A stretch of 64,000 bases of DNA from assembly GCA_035478335.1 (NCBI GenBank), contig DATIJS010000057.1, positions 8,143 to 72,142 on the forward strand, given 5' to 3'. The stretch is from Candidatus Saccharimonadales bacterium (GTDB taxonomy: Bacteria > Patescibacteriota > Microgenomatia > Levybacterales > UBA12049). The notes under the pieces are model-generated. The model saw only the letters and a list, made by a program, of their open reading frames with translations. It had not been told where the DNA came from and did no database searches. Both the position numbers and the translations under genes were made by a program. Below are positions 1 to 9,559 of this stretch, piece by piece (within the stretch, counting starts at the first letter, position 1; every line of letters starts with the position of its first letter).

Positions 1-347
1 CTAATTCTGACCCGATGATCATTGATTACCCGATTCCTGCAAATGATGATGCTGTGGGCAGCTTGAAATTGATAATCGGTTATATTTTCGATGCATGGAT
101 AGAGGGTAAAAAAGAGAAATCGGTTGTCGATTTGAAGGAAGCTGCTGAGAAAGAAAAAGAAGATGCGAAGATAGCAGCAGAGAAGGCAAAAGAGGAAGCA
201 AAAGCCAAAAAAACAGATACTACCTGGGCCAAAGAAATGGCAGAGACCGCAGTTTCGGCAAAAAAACCTGAAGTAAAAGAAACTCCAGAGAAGAAAGAAG
301 TAGTTAAAAAAGCTTCAGTTAAGAAAGTTGCTAAAAAGAAAGAGTAA
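1..347 (+). CDS. rpsB: 30S ribosomal protein S2, C-terminal part (gene starts upstream of the window) carrying an unusual ~75-aa Lys/Glu/Ala-rich tail
   Basis: The frame is open from the window edge with no stop before position 15. The block NSDP-IIDYPIPANDDAVGSLKLI matches the conserved S2 C-terminal block (E. coli ...[20 protein letters not shown]...). The gene is followed by tsf in the canonical rpsB-tsf order. Confidence 0.7.
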   Translation, partial: NSDPMIIDYPIPANDDAVGSLKLIIGYIFDAWIEGKKEKSVVDLKEAAEKEKEDAKIAAEKAKEEAKAKKTDTTWAKEMAETAVSAKKPEVKETPEKKEVVKKASVKKVAKKKE

Positions 348-403
348 ATTGTCATTCCCATGAAAATGGGGAATCCATGAATCCGCATTCGCGAGGATGA
401 CAT
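348..403 (+). promoter_or_regulatory. structured TTGTCAT-hairpin-…-ATGACA motif, copy A, in the rpsB-tsf spacer
   Basis: ATTGTCAT + TCCCAT-GAAA-ATGGGGA hairpin + ATCCATG … CGCGAGGATGACA. The 3' arm ATGACA contains the annotated ATG at 397. Confidence 0.4.
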
Positions 404-870
404 TTAATCAAGTTATGGCAAACATAGATCTAAAAACATTAAAAAAACTCAGAGACGAGACGGCCGCATCAATTGCTGACTGTCGTGCTGCTCTGGACGC
501 AACGGGCGGGGATTATAAAAAGGCACTTGAATGGCTTAAAAAAAGAGGAATTGAAAAAGCTGAAAAGAAATCTGGACGCGAGACCGGCGAGGGATTGGTT
601 GAGTCATATATCCATAATGGTGGGAAAATAGGAGTACTAGTAACTCTTCTTTGCGAGACAGATTTTGTCGCAAAAACAGATGAATTTAAGCAACTAGCGC
701 ATGAAATTGCAATGCAAATTTCAGCCATGAACCCAAAAGACACCAAAGAACTCCTAGCACAAGCTTACATAAGGGATGCAGGCATCACAATTGAACAAAT
801 GATCAAGAGCGCAATCGGTAAACTGGGAGAGAATATAACAGTTAAGGAATTCAAAAGGTTTGAGATTTAG
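397..870 (+). CDS. tsf: Elongation factor Ts, short form; the true start is probably the ATG at 415
   Basis: MANIDLKTLKKLRDETAASIADCRAAL aligns residue-for-residue with the EF-Ts N-terminus ([27 protein letters not shown]). A UBA-like N-terminal domain is followed by a dimerisation core. Confidence 0.9.
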   Translation: MTFNQVMANIDLKTLKKLRDETAASIADCRAALDATGGDYKKALEWLKKRGIEKAEKKSGRETGEGLVESYIHNGGKIGVLVTLLCETDFVAKTDEFKQLAHEIAMQISAMNPKDTKELLAQAYIRDAGITIEQMIKSAIGKLGENITVKEFKRFEI

Positions 871-888
871 TTCATAAAGACAGATCTT

Positions 889-1413
889 ATGAGCACCAGC
901 TTAACAGAAAGGGAAACAGTCATTCTTCGAGAGATTGATAATCTCTTGCCTTCAGCAGAATCACCTGAACAAGATCCAAAACTTGAAAAATCTAGAATTG
1001 AATTAGCTCATGCGGGATTAATAGATGATTTAGAAGAAATGGCTGAAGGAATGCGGGGCAATAGGCATGCTGCAGTAGAAGTTGGATACGAGGTAGTAAG
1101 CGAAGGACGGTTTAACCCAATAGTAGCTCTTCGGTGGGCACCTAATCCAGAGGGCGATGGAGTATATTCCAAAGCCGTTAGAAGGGTATTGCTTTTTGGT
1201 GGCCTATGGTTAACGGAATATGCAATGAAAATTGAAATGCCTGCAGGTACCCAAACTATTTGGGAAACATTACAAGTACGCGGAGATTTAGGTGGAGAAA
1301 CAAGAAAAAGTAAATTGAGGGTTGCTATGTCATGCGCAAATGCTAAAATAGTAGACAATAGAAGATTTGAGAATGGTGTTTACATGGGAAGTCCTGGAAT
1401 AGGAAAGATTTAA
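889..1413 (+). CDS. hypothetical protein sitting in the position normally occupied by pyrH
   Basis: Clean ORF between tsf and frr with no recognisable UMP-kinase motifs. Local GC is slightly elevated (~45-50%). Confidence 0.5.
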   Translation: MSTSLTERETVILREIDNLLPSAESPEQDPKLEKSRIELAHAGLIDDLEEMAEGMRGNRHAAVEVGYEVVSEGRFNPIVALRWAPNPEGDGVYSKAVRRVLLFGGLWLTEYAMKIEMPAGTQTIWETLQVRGDLGGETRKSKLRVAMSCANAKIVDNRRFENGVYMGSPGIGKI

Positions 1414-1419
1414 TAAATT

Positions 1420-1971
1420 ATGGATCCGTTAGTTGAATCAACAAAGCAAAGAATAGAGAAAGTACTTGATATCCTCAAAGGAGATTTGGATACTATCCGC
1501 ACAGGTCGCGCAACACCTTCACTTGTTGAAAATATCATTATCAACGCTTATGGCGGAACTGCAAAGCTCAAAGTCATGGAACTGGCAACCGTTGGGGCAC
1601 TGGACACATCAACTCTTGTTATTACCCCATACGACGCATCAATAATAGGTGAGATCCAAAAGGGAATTGAGGCAGCAAACGCCGGATTTACCCCAAATAT
1701 CGATGGAAATCTGATCCGTATAAGTATTCCGCCACTTTCCCAGGAAAGGCGTGAAGAGCTCATCAAGGCAATGCGTCAGAAACTTGAAAATGGCAAAATC
1801 ATGGTGCGCCAGGTAAGGCACGAAGCGATGATTGATATCAAAAAGGAATATGAGGGCCGTGAAGACGATGTCACGCGTCTTGAGAAAGATGTTCAAAGAG
1901 TAGTTGATGAAACAGTTGAGACGATTGAAAGTTGGGGACAGCAAAAAGAGACTGAACTTATGCAGATTTAG
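1420..1971 (+). CDS. frr: ribosome recycling factor
   Basis: Full-length RRF-like sequence (…TIRTGRATPSLVENI…LIRISIPPLSQERREELIK…) of typical ~183-aa length. Confidence 0.95.
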   Translation: MDPLVESTKQRIEKVLDILKGDLDTIRTGRATPSLVENIIINAYGGTAKLKVMELATVGALDTSTLVITPYDASIIGEIQKGIEAANAGFTPNIDGNLIRISIPPLSQERREELIKAMRQKLENGKIMVRQVRHEAMIDIKKEYEGREDDVTRLEKDVQRVVDETVETIESWGQQKETELMQI

Positions 1972-3194
1972 ACTGTCGCTGCAATTGGAAGATCGGTTGT
2001 CATTTTAGGATTATTTCCCCATTTCGGTTCCATGCTATAGATAGAGTCAAAAAATGTAAATAAAGAATCAGCCTGATTTTTTCCTTCAGACAATTCTTCT
2101 TCAGTATGATTTAAAGCAGTTGCCTTTTCTTTGTCTGTCAGAAGCTTTTTTGCATTTTCAAAGTCATCTCTCATGGTTTTTAGGTAATAATTAAGAGGTG
2201 CAACTTCAGCTGATTCATCAGGATTTTCCATATAAGTTATATCAAGAGGATTGCCGGTTGCCTGGCTTTCTGCAGCTTTGCCGGCATTAATAAGACATCT
2301 AATATCATTTTGAAATATTCCCATAAACATTTTTGCGTTTCCAACCCTTGTTGTGTCAAAAGTATAATATACTTCACCAGGCTTGCGTCCGGCTGTTGCA
2401 GTGGGTTTTCCATCCATCTGTCCTGGGGTCACATCAACCATGCGTCTTCCTGTTTCGCCATCAATCCGAGTATTGAGATCGTCAACATCCACTAACGCTT
2501 TATATGCTTCATCAACTTGCGCTTTAAGCTGATCGGTTTGGGGTAAGTTTTCCATTTCTTCATCCCGTAATCTCTTGTCCAAAACCTCAGCATCAATTAA
2601 AAGTTTTACTGATGCATAAACATCTTTTTCCTTGGCATTCTCCAAATTTCTTTTTATCTCTTCCGAATTTTTGCCCCATCTTTTCATTACCTGCTCGACA
2701 ACGTTTTCCAAATTATATGTTTGTCGTTCAGGGAGTTCGTAAGGCTCCGGTGATCTGTTGAACGGTTCAGTTTCATCACTTTTTCTTGATTCTTTTTCCA
2801 CTTGTTGCGCTGCTTCTGTAAGGAGGGGGTTGCGGTTTGCTTCTTGTGTGATTTTTTCTGCTTCACTCGCTTGAGTTTGTTCATCTGCTGATTTTAATAA
2901 TTCTTCTGCTTCTGTTGCGGGGAAGTAAGTTTTTAATGCATTACGTTCTTTTTTTTCTGCTCTTCTTTCTGCTTTTGCAGCTTTTTTTTCTACGCGTTTT
3001 ACTTTATGTCTTTCAAAAAATCCCAATTTTTCACTATCTTCATCAGCTTTGCGAAGAAGCCGTTGTATTAGGCTTTTATCTTTTTCTTTTGATTCAATTT
3101 CGAATTTTTTATCGTCAGCTACCGGATCAAATCCACTTTCGGTATTTCCAGGAATTTTAAAATTATCAAATCCACCACCGCCTCCTTCACTCAT
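1968..3194 (-). CDS. hypothetical highly charged protein with a Gly5 N-terminus and a Lys/Glu-rich middle
   Basis: 408-aa ORF with coding-like composition and no recognised domain. It overlaps the frr stop by 4 nt. Confidence 0.5.
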   Translation of the reverse strand: MSEGGGGGFDNFKIPGNTESGFDPVADDKKFEIESKEKDKSLIQRLLRKADEDSEKLGFFERHKVKRVEKKAAKAERRAEKKERNALKTYFPATEAEELLKSADEQTQASEAEKITQEANRNPLLTEAAQQVEKESRKSDETEPFNRSPEPYELPERQTYNLENVVEQVMKRWGKNSEEIKRNLENAKEKDVYASVKLLIDAEVLDKRLRDEEMENLPQTDQLKAQVDEAYKALVDVDDLNTRIDGETGRRMVDVTPGQMDGKPTATAGRKPGEVYYTFDTTRVGNAKMFMGIFQNDIRCLINAGKAAESQATGNPLDITYMENPDESAEVAPLNYYLKTMRDDFENAKKLLTDKEKATALNHTEEELSEGKNQADSLFTFFDSIYSMEPKWGNNPKMTTDLPIAATV

Positions 3195-3256
3195 ATACTA
3201 TTTAGACTAGCGAATTTTGCGCTTGTTTGCAACTCTGATCGTGTTATAATAAATAG

Positions 3257-4450
3257 ATGTTAATTACTGCACTTGTTTTTCTTCTTCTCCTCTCAGTTCT
3301 GGTACTCATTCATGAAGCGGGGCATTTTTTTGTCGCCAAAAGGTTTGGAATAAAAGTTGAGGAGTTTGGATTTGGTTTGCCTCTGACCAAAGCATTATTT
3401 TCAAAAAAAATAGGTGAGACAATTTATTCATTTTATCCGGCTCTGATTGGAGGATTTGTAAAGCTATACGGTGAAGATGATGCAGGGGCAGGACGTGTAA
3501 AGTTAAAAGTTAAAAGTGAAAAGTTAAAAGTTGGAGATGAAGATAGGGCATTTTATAGCCGTTCACTTTGGCAAAGAGCTGCTGTAATTCTGGCCGGAGT
3601 TGTGATGAACACGATTCTGGCTATTGTTATTTTTTACGCATTTCTCGCTGTATCCAATTTCCAGACAGTTGTTCCTATTCTGGGCGAGAATGCACCGCAA
3701 TTTATAGGAGCTGAGCAGAAATTTATACCAAAAGGTGCATCAATCGGCAGAGTTGCTCCGGGTTCTCCGGCTGAAAAGGCAGGAATTAAGATTCAATCGG
3801 TGGTGACATCAATAAATGGCCAGAAAGTTACAGGCAATAATGAATTGATTGACATAATAAACAAAAATAAAGGAAAAGAGACAACAGTTGACTGGTTTGA
3901 TATTAATGCAAATAAGAAGTTTACAGCAAATATCGTTCCAAGAGTTTCTCCTCCTAAAAATGAGGGAGCAGTCGGAATAGCGTTTGATTATAATCAATAT
4001 GATTTGGCAATCCTAAATTATGAAAAGCCGGAGAATAAAATATTTGCAGGATTTTCACATACATACAATACATTTCTTTACAATGCGGATGGAATTAGAG
4101 CGTTATTCAGTCAATCAGTCAAGGAAAAAAATGTAGGTGCAATTAGTAAAAATGTCGGAGGGCCTGTCATGATTTTCAAAATTGTTGGTGACATAATAAA
4201 AATTCCTGATGCGAAAGAAATAGTACTGCAGCTCTTGAATATGGCCGGGACACTTTCTCTCTCGCTTGCATTTTTTAATGTATTACCAATCCCCGGGCTT
4301 GATGGAGGAAGATTGTTTTTCATCGAAATTGAGGCTGTAACGCGCCGCAAATTAAATCCCAAATTTGAGTCCATCGCCAATGCGGTTGGCATGGCCGTTC
4401 TGATCGGGTTAATAATGCTTATTACTTTTAAAGATATTTTTCTAAAATAA
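3257..4450 (+). CDS. rseP: site-2 protease RseP family zinc metalloprotease with PDZ domain
   Basis: N-terminal TM helix plus HEAGHF (HExxH) motif, a PDZ-like middle and the C-terminal LDGG motif (LPIPGLDGGRL). Confidence 0.85.
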   Translation: MLITALVFLLLLSVLVLIHEAGHFFVAKRFGIKVEEFGFGLPLTKALFSKKIGETIYSFYPALIGGFVKLYGEDDAGAGRVKLKVKSEKLKVGDEDRAFYSRSLWQRAAVILAGVVMNTILAIVIFYAFLAVSNFQTVVPILGENAPQFIGAEQKFIPKGASIGRVAPGSPAEKAGIKIQSVVTSINGQKVTGNNELIDIINKNKGKETTVDWFDINANKKFTANIVPRVSPPKNEGAVGIAFDYNQYDLAILNYEKPENKIFAGFSHTYNTFLYNADGIRALFSQSVKEKNVGAISKNVGGPVMIFKIVGDIIKIPDAKEIVLQLLNMAGTLSLSLAFFNVLPIPGLDGGRLFFIEIEAVTRRKLNPKFESIANAVGMAVLIGLIMLITFKDIFLK

Positions 4451-4455
4451 ATTTT

Positions 4456-5217
4456 ATGTTTGATGCAATTGAAGCTTTATTTAAAAAACAAAATATTCTT
4501 TCCCACAAAAATCAGGGGATTGAGGTAGCGACTGTGAGCAATGCTCAGGCAGGAGTAGATTTGGCAACGCAACTCCTGGATGAATTAGTTGATAGAAAAA
4601 CAGTAATTTATCTATCAGGGGGAAGTTATAAATCACTATACGAGCGCATAGCAAAAGATGAGAATTTGCTTCCCGGAGCTGTTGGACTAATTGATGAGCG
4701 TTTTGGTCAACCACTTCATGATAATAGCAATGAGTTGATGATCAAGCAGACAGGATTAACCAGATATCTGCAAATAAGAGATATTCCATTTTATTCGGTA
4801 TTACAAGTTGATAAGGATCGGATAGAGGTTGCTCAGATGTATGATGAAAAAGTAAGATCTCTTCAGGCGATTTTTCCAAAACATATTGGTTTCCTCGGCA
4901 TCGGTCCGGATGGACATATTTCAAGCATAATTCCAAATAGAGCAGACTTTCACAATCCTTGGTTTGATAAAGAGCGAAATAATCTTTTGGTTTCAGAATT
5001 TGATGATCCCAAGAGTCACTATAAAGAAAGGGTCGGGATGACATTCCTTGGCCTATCTATGCTTGACTTTATCCTAATTATGGCTTTTGGTGAGAATAAG
5101 CAGGTTACCTTGGAATTGGTGTTCGGTGAAGGTTCTGAAGAAGATATTCCGGCAAGATTTTTCAAAAGGCCTGAGATTGCCAAGAAGACTCTTTTAATTA
5201 CCGATCAAAAAGTATAG
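4456..5217 (+). CDS. pgl: 6-phosphogluconolactonase (NagB/Pgl superfamily)
   Basis: GIGPDGHISS motif typical of Pgl/NagB. The gene lies immediately upstream of zwf. Confidence 0.7.
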   Translation: MFDAIEALFKKQNILSHKNQGIEVATVSNAQAGVDLATQLLDELVDRKTVIYLSGGSYKSLYERIAKDENLLPGAVGLIDERFGQPLHDNSNELMIKQTGLTRYLQIRDIPFYSVLQVDKDRIEVAQMYDEKVRSLQAIFPKHIGFLGIGPDGHISSIIPNRADFHNPWFDKERNNLLVSEFDDPKSHYKERVGMTFLGLSMLDFILIMAFGENKQVTLELVFGEGSEEDIPARFFKRPEIAKKTLLITDQKV

Positions 5218-5229
5218 AATGTATTCCGC

Positions 5230-6699
5230 ATGAACTCTCCATTTATTTTTGTTATCTTTGGTGCGACAGGAGACCTGGCCCAGCACAAATTAATTCCGGC
5301 ACTTTTTAAGCTTTATAAGCAGGGCGAGCTGGGAAAAGATTTTTTTATTGTCGGATTTGCAAGGCGCGAGTTTAGTGATCAGCAATACGCACACATGCTA
5401 GGGGACGAATTGGAAACCCACAAAGATCCTAAATGGGCAAAATTTGCCAAAAATATTCATTACCAAAAAGGAATATTTGAAGATCCGGCTGGTTATGAAG
5501 AATTAATTGAAAAGCTAAATGTTTTTGATAAAAAAATCGGAGCGTGCATTACAAGGTTTTTTTATCTCGCAACTCCTCCGGACAACTACCTCTCAATTCT
5601 TGAAAATCTTAAAACCAGTAAACTGTCAGATGGCTGTGGTCCTGCCTTTAACAAATTATCGGGAAGCTTGCAGGAATCGGTTGGTAAATGGGTAAGAATT
5701 GCGATTGAGAAGCCGTTTGGGAGGGATTTGGAGACAGCAAAGGAGCTTGACCGGAAACTTTCGGATATTTTTGCCGAGGAGCAGATTTATCGAGTTGATC
5801 ATTATTTGGGAAAAGAGACAGTTCAGAATATGATTGCTTTTCGATTTGCCAATAATATTTTTGAGCCTGTTTGGAATAATAAACACATAGATCACGTTCA
5901 GATAACTTTTGCACAGGATGAGGGGATTGAAAAACGTGGAAAGTTTTTTGACGGGGTTGGAATTTTGCGCGACATTGCCCAAAATCATCTTCTTCAGCTT
6001 CTTGCAACAGTTGCGATGGAACAGCCCAAGAGTTTCTCAAAAGAAGGTGTAAGAGATGCTAGAGCTGCTGCTATTAAATCAATTCGGCAAATAACACCAT
6101 CAAATATAGCCAAATTTGTTGTAAGGGGACAATATAAGGGTTATAAAGATGAGAAAGATGTAAAAGAAGGATCAACAACAGAAACATTTACAGCATTGAA
6201 ATTATTTGTTGATACACCCAGGTTTGAGGGAGTGCCATTTTATATCAGAGCCGGTAAAAAAATGCCAAAAGAAGTTATCAAAATTTCAATTGTCTTTATA
6301 CAGACCTGTCATTTGCTTTTTAAAGAATACGGTTGTCCGGAAATAGGAAACGTCTTGACTATCAGAATTCAGCCTGACGAAGGCATTAAAATGAGAGTGA
6401 TTGCCAAAAGCCCGGGGAGCAAAGTTGTACTTTCGCCAGTTGACATGAGTTTTTCATATCACCAATCGTTTGGTAATTACGGCATCGATGCATATGAAAA
6501 ATTATTGCTTGATATTTTTCATGGTGATCAGATGCTGTTTAACCGTTCAGATGAGCTTGAGAGTACATGGAAATTAATTTCCAACATTTTAAAAGGTTGG
6601 GAAAAAGAAAAGTTAAAGATTCCAGTTTATAAACCAGGAACCTGGGGACCGGAAGAGGGACAGGAATTAATAGAAAATGATGGTAGGAAATGGTTGTAA
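5230..6699 (+). CDS. zwf: glucose-6-phosphate 1-dehydrogenase
   Basis: GATGDLA N-terminal NADP motif plus the EKPFG and RVDHYLGKE signature sequences. Confidence 0.9.
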   Translation: MNSPFIFVIFGATGDLAQHKLIPALFKLYKQGELGKDFFIVGFARREFSDQQYAHMLGDELETHKDPKWAKFAKNIHYQKGIFEDPAGYEELIEKLNVFDKKIGACITRFFYLATPPDNYLSILENLKTSKLSDGCGPAFNKLSGSLQESVGKWVRIAIEKPFGRDLETAKELDRKLSDIFAEEQIYRVDHYLGKETVQNMIAFRFANNIFEPVWNNKHIDHVQITFAQDEGIEKRGKFFDGVGILRDIAQNHLLQLLATVAMEQPKSFSKEGVRDARAAAIKSIRQITPSNIAKFVVRGQYKGYKDEKDVKEGSTTETFTALKLFVDTPRFEGVPFYIRAGKKMPKEVIKISIVFIQTCHLLFKEYGCPEIGNVLTIRIQPDEGIKMRVIAKSPGSKVVLSPVDMSFSYHQSFGNYGIDAYEKLLLDIFHGDQMLFNRSDELESTWKLISNILKGWEKEKLKIPVYKPGTWGPEEGQELIENDGRKWL

Positions 6700-6746
6700 T
6701 TTAAGAGAACCACGGGTACCACAAGTATCACGGGTATTAAGGGTTT

Positions 6747-8069
6747 CTATTTACTAAATATCTTATTGAGGGCGACGAGGTATGATGCTTCTTTGAGACT
6801 GCATTTGTGTTTTACTGACTCTGCCCAGACTTTTTCAAAGGCCACAGACATCAATTTTTCAAGTCTTTTGAGAACATCTTCTTTTTTGTATTTTTTCCCG
6901 TTCAGATTTTGCTCCCATTCAAAATATGAACAGGCAACACCTCCTGAGTTGGCCAAAATATCGGGTACAATTATAACTTTTTTGTTGGTTAAGTGGTCAT
7001 AAGCTTTAGGTGTTACCGGTCCGTTGGCCATTTCGATAATTATTTTTGCTTTTATGTTTGATACATTATTTTCATTAATTACATCTTCAAGAGCGGCCGG
7101 TACCAAAATATCAACCGGAAGCTTCAGGAGTTCCTCATTTGAGATGAGTTGTCCGCCTCGCGTATCGCAAACACCACCTGCGCAGTAGCATCCGGATAGA
7201 CTACCTTTTTCCATCTTGCATTTCATAACAAGCGGAATATCCAGGGGAATTAATTCTCCGTTAGTGTCTTTCTTAATTATTCCGCCTTTTGAATCACTTA
7301 CTGCAACTACTTTAAATCCGGCTAAGGAGGCAAAATACGCAAAATAATATCCGACATTCCCAAAACCCATAACTGCAATAGTTGTTTTGGATGGATCAAT
7401 TTTTTGTTTTTTGGCAAGTTCCTTGAGCGTTACCACTCCGCCAAATCCCGTTGCTTCAGTTCTTCCTGCCAGACCTTGTTTACCTTTTCCTGTGAATGCA
7501 GCATAGAGTTGGCCTTTGGGTAGCTTGAGTTTTCTCTTTTTTGCAATTTTGATATATTCATCAACCATCCAATCCATGATTTTGGGATTGGTATTTACAT
7601 CCGGTGCAGGAATATCTTTATCAAAACCCAATACATCAAAAGTCTGTCTGACATAAATTCTTGAAATCTCCTCAATTTGGGATTCGGTCAATTCTTTTGG
7701 ATCAATTGCTATTCCACCCTTACCTCCACCCATCGGAATTCCGACAATTGCAGTCTTAAGACTCATCCATAATGAGAGAGCCATAACTTCATCTCTACTT
7801 ACTTTTGCATGGAATCTCAATCCTCCTTTGTATGGACCAAGCTTGTTATTGTGCTGACTGCGGTAGCCTTTGAAGATGGTGATTTCAGAATCAAGCAATA
7901 TGGGGATTTTTACCCGAACTACACGGTCAGGCGCCAAAAATTCTTCCAACTTGTCTTGTGGGAGTTTGTATTTTTTGCCAATTCCCAATATCTCTTCTTT
8001 TGAATTCAGGTAAATATTTGAATCATCCATAATTTTAAAAGATTTAACAAGTATATACTGATTTGGCAC
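6747..8069 (-). CDS. gdhA: NAD(P)-specific glutamate dehydrogenase
   Basis: GGGKGG motif, a Glu/Leu/Phe/Val dehydrogenase core, and a Rossmann GFGNVG segment. Confidence 0.9.
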   Translation of the reverse strand: MPNQYILVKSFKIMDDSNIYLNSKEEILGIGKKYKLPQDKLEEFLAPDRVVRVKIPILLDSEITIFKGYRSQHNNKLGPYKGGLRFHAKVSRDEVMALSLWMSLKTAIVGIPMGGGKGGIAIDPKELTESQIEEISRIYVRQTFDVLGFDKDIPAPDVNTNPKIMDWMVDEYIKIAKKRKLKLPKGQLYAAFTGKGKQGLAGRTEATGFGGVVTLKELAKKQKIDPSKTTIAVMGFGNVGYYFAYFASLAGFKVVAVSDSKGGIIKKDTNGELIPLDIPLVMKCKMEKGSLSGCYCAGGVCDTRGGQLISNEELLKLPVDILVPAALEDVINENNVSNIKAKIIIEMANGPVTPKAYDHLTNKKVIIVPDILANSGGVACSYFEWEQNLNGKKYKKEDVLKRLEKLMSVAFEKVWAESVKHKCSLKEASYLVALNKIFSK

Positions 8070-8138
8070 TCTATTTCAACAAGTAAAAATTAGCTACTTG
8101 AACCAAACTTAATTTTGTGGTTAGATAAAAGTACCTCT

Positions 8139-9059
8139 ATGCAAGTTGCAATTTTAGGCCTATCAGATGCCGGCAAGATAATGCTCTCTAAATTATTAGA
8201 TGCAGGACACGAAGTGGTTGTCTGGAATAATTCAAAAGAAGAACTTGAACAAATTCGTACTGAAAAGGCTGAATTTATTGTGAATCAAAAGCTTACGATT
8301 GTCCACTCAATTGATGAAGCTCAAAATATTTTAAGAAAACCAAGAGTTTTGTGCTCTATGCAGGAGGCTGGTGAGCCGACAGAGACTATGTTATTGCAGT
8401 TAAATCAGTTTACTGAAGCAGGTGATGTTGTTATTGATGGAAGCAATTCAAATTATAAAGATACAGAAAGGCGTTTTGAAGAATTTGATAAAAGAGATGT
8501 TAAGTTTTTGGGAATTGGTCTTACCGGTGGTGTTAGTGCCGGTGAGAATGGATTTTGTCTGATGATAGGAGGAGATCCGGATGCTTACCAATATCTATCT
8601 CCGATTTTTGAGACTCTTGCTATGCCGAATGGTGCTCATAGTTATTTTGGAAGTGGGGGAGCCGGGCATTTTGTAAATATGGTTCATAGCGCAGTTGAAG
8701 AAGGCATGCTCCAGGTAGTTGCAGAGGGGATGGGGATTCTCAGAAAATCAGACTACCAGCTGGACTCTGCATATGTCGCGAATACCTGGCAGGACGGGGC
8801 TATTGTATCAAGCTTTATAGTGGATATGGCTATTGATGCATTAATTAAGGACCCAAATCTTTCGGAATTTGACGGGAGAATTATTGCTCCAAAACTGGCA
8901 AAATTGGCAAGGGAACAGGCAAAAGAGACTAGCGTTCTTATTCCCGCAATTACGCAGTCTCTGGATTTTAGTGAGAAATCACAATATGATAATGCAATTG
9001 CGCAGACATTTACTGCAAAGCTAATTCAAGCAATGAAGAGAGAAATTGATGGAATTTAA
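8139..9059 (+). CDS. gnd: 6-phosphogluconate dehydrogenase (decarboxylating), short NAD-binding-type form (the ORF as tracked starts at GTG 8115)
   Basis: Rossmann N-terminus MQVAILGLSDAG and a 6PGDH-like core (…IGLTGGVSAGENGFCLMIGGDPDAY…). Length ~300 aa like short Gnd/YqeC. Confidence 0.7.
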   Translation: MQVAILGLSDAGKIMLSKLLDAGHEVVVWNNSKEELEQIRTEKAEFIVNQKLTIVHSIDEAQNILRKPRVLCSMQEAGEPTETMLLQLNQFTEAGDVVIDGSNSNYKDTERRFEEFDKRDVKFLGIGLTGGVSAGENGFCLMIGGDPDAYQYLSPIFETLAMPNGAHSYFGSGGAGHFVNMVHSAVEEGMLQVVAEGMGILRKSDYQLDSAYVANTWQDGAIVSSFIVDMAIDALIKDPNLSEFDGRIIAPKLAKLAREQAKETSVLIPAITQSLDFSEKSQYDNAIAQTFTAKLIQAMKREIDGI

Positions 9060-9082
9060 AAAAGAGAGTGGGTGATTTATTT

Positions 9083-9550
9083 ATGGATGATCAAAACGTA
9101 CAAACAGAACAGACGGTAACTACATCAGAGACAATTGCACCACAGGAAGTAGTCACAACAACCAAGTCGGTTGTTCCTCCTGTCGGCGCAACCGAACCGC
9201 CGCACAAAGTATTTCAAAAGAAAAAAACAATTTTCAGAGCGTATCAAGTAATTTGGTATATTTTGGCGGTTATAGAGATTTTATTGGCTTTCAGAATGGT
9301 TTTAAAGGCTATGGGTGCAAATCCTTTCAGTGGATTTGCGACTTTGATTTATGCGTTAAGCGGGCCTTTTGCGGGGCCATTTAATGGCTTGTTCAATGTG
9401 TCAGTAACAGGACAGGGTTCAGTATTTGAATGGTCGACGATAATTGCAGCTGCGGTATATGCACTAGTTGCTTTTGGGATAGTTCAGCTGATTCAAATGG
9501 TAAAACCAGTGACCAAAACAGAAGTTGAACAAAAAGTAGATCAGGTTTAA
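9083..9550 (+). CDS. membrane protein, possibly YggT family
   Basis: Two or three TM helices. The segment …GSVFEWSTIIAAAVYALV… resembles the YggT 'DxS' block. The ORF as tracked begins at GTG 9068. Confidence 0.4.
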   Translation: MDDQNVQTEQTVTTSETIAPQEVVTTTKSVVPPVGATEPPHKVFQKKKTIFRAYQVIWYILAVIEILLAFRMVLKAMGANPFSGFATLIYALSGPFAGPFNGLFNVSVTGQGSVFEWSTIIAAAVYALVAFGIVQLIQMVKPVTKTEVEQKVDQV

Positions 9551-9559
9551 GTTTTTGCA

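Noticed and set aside
80-403. Antisense and overlapping ORFs from the six-frame track (e.g. 80-403 -, 1008-1358 -, 5648-6040 -, 21548-21808 -, 37229-37555 +, 50491-51269 +, and many 60-120-aa frames inside larger genes)
   Set aside because: They lie entirely within, and opposite to or out of frame with, long ORFs that have clear family-level motifs. Their composition is low-complexity and they have no RBS or promoter. They are treated as spurious.
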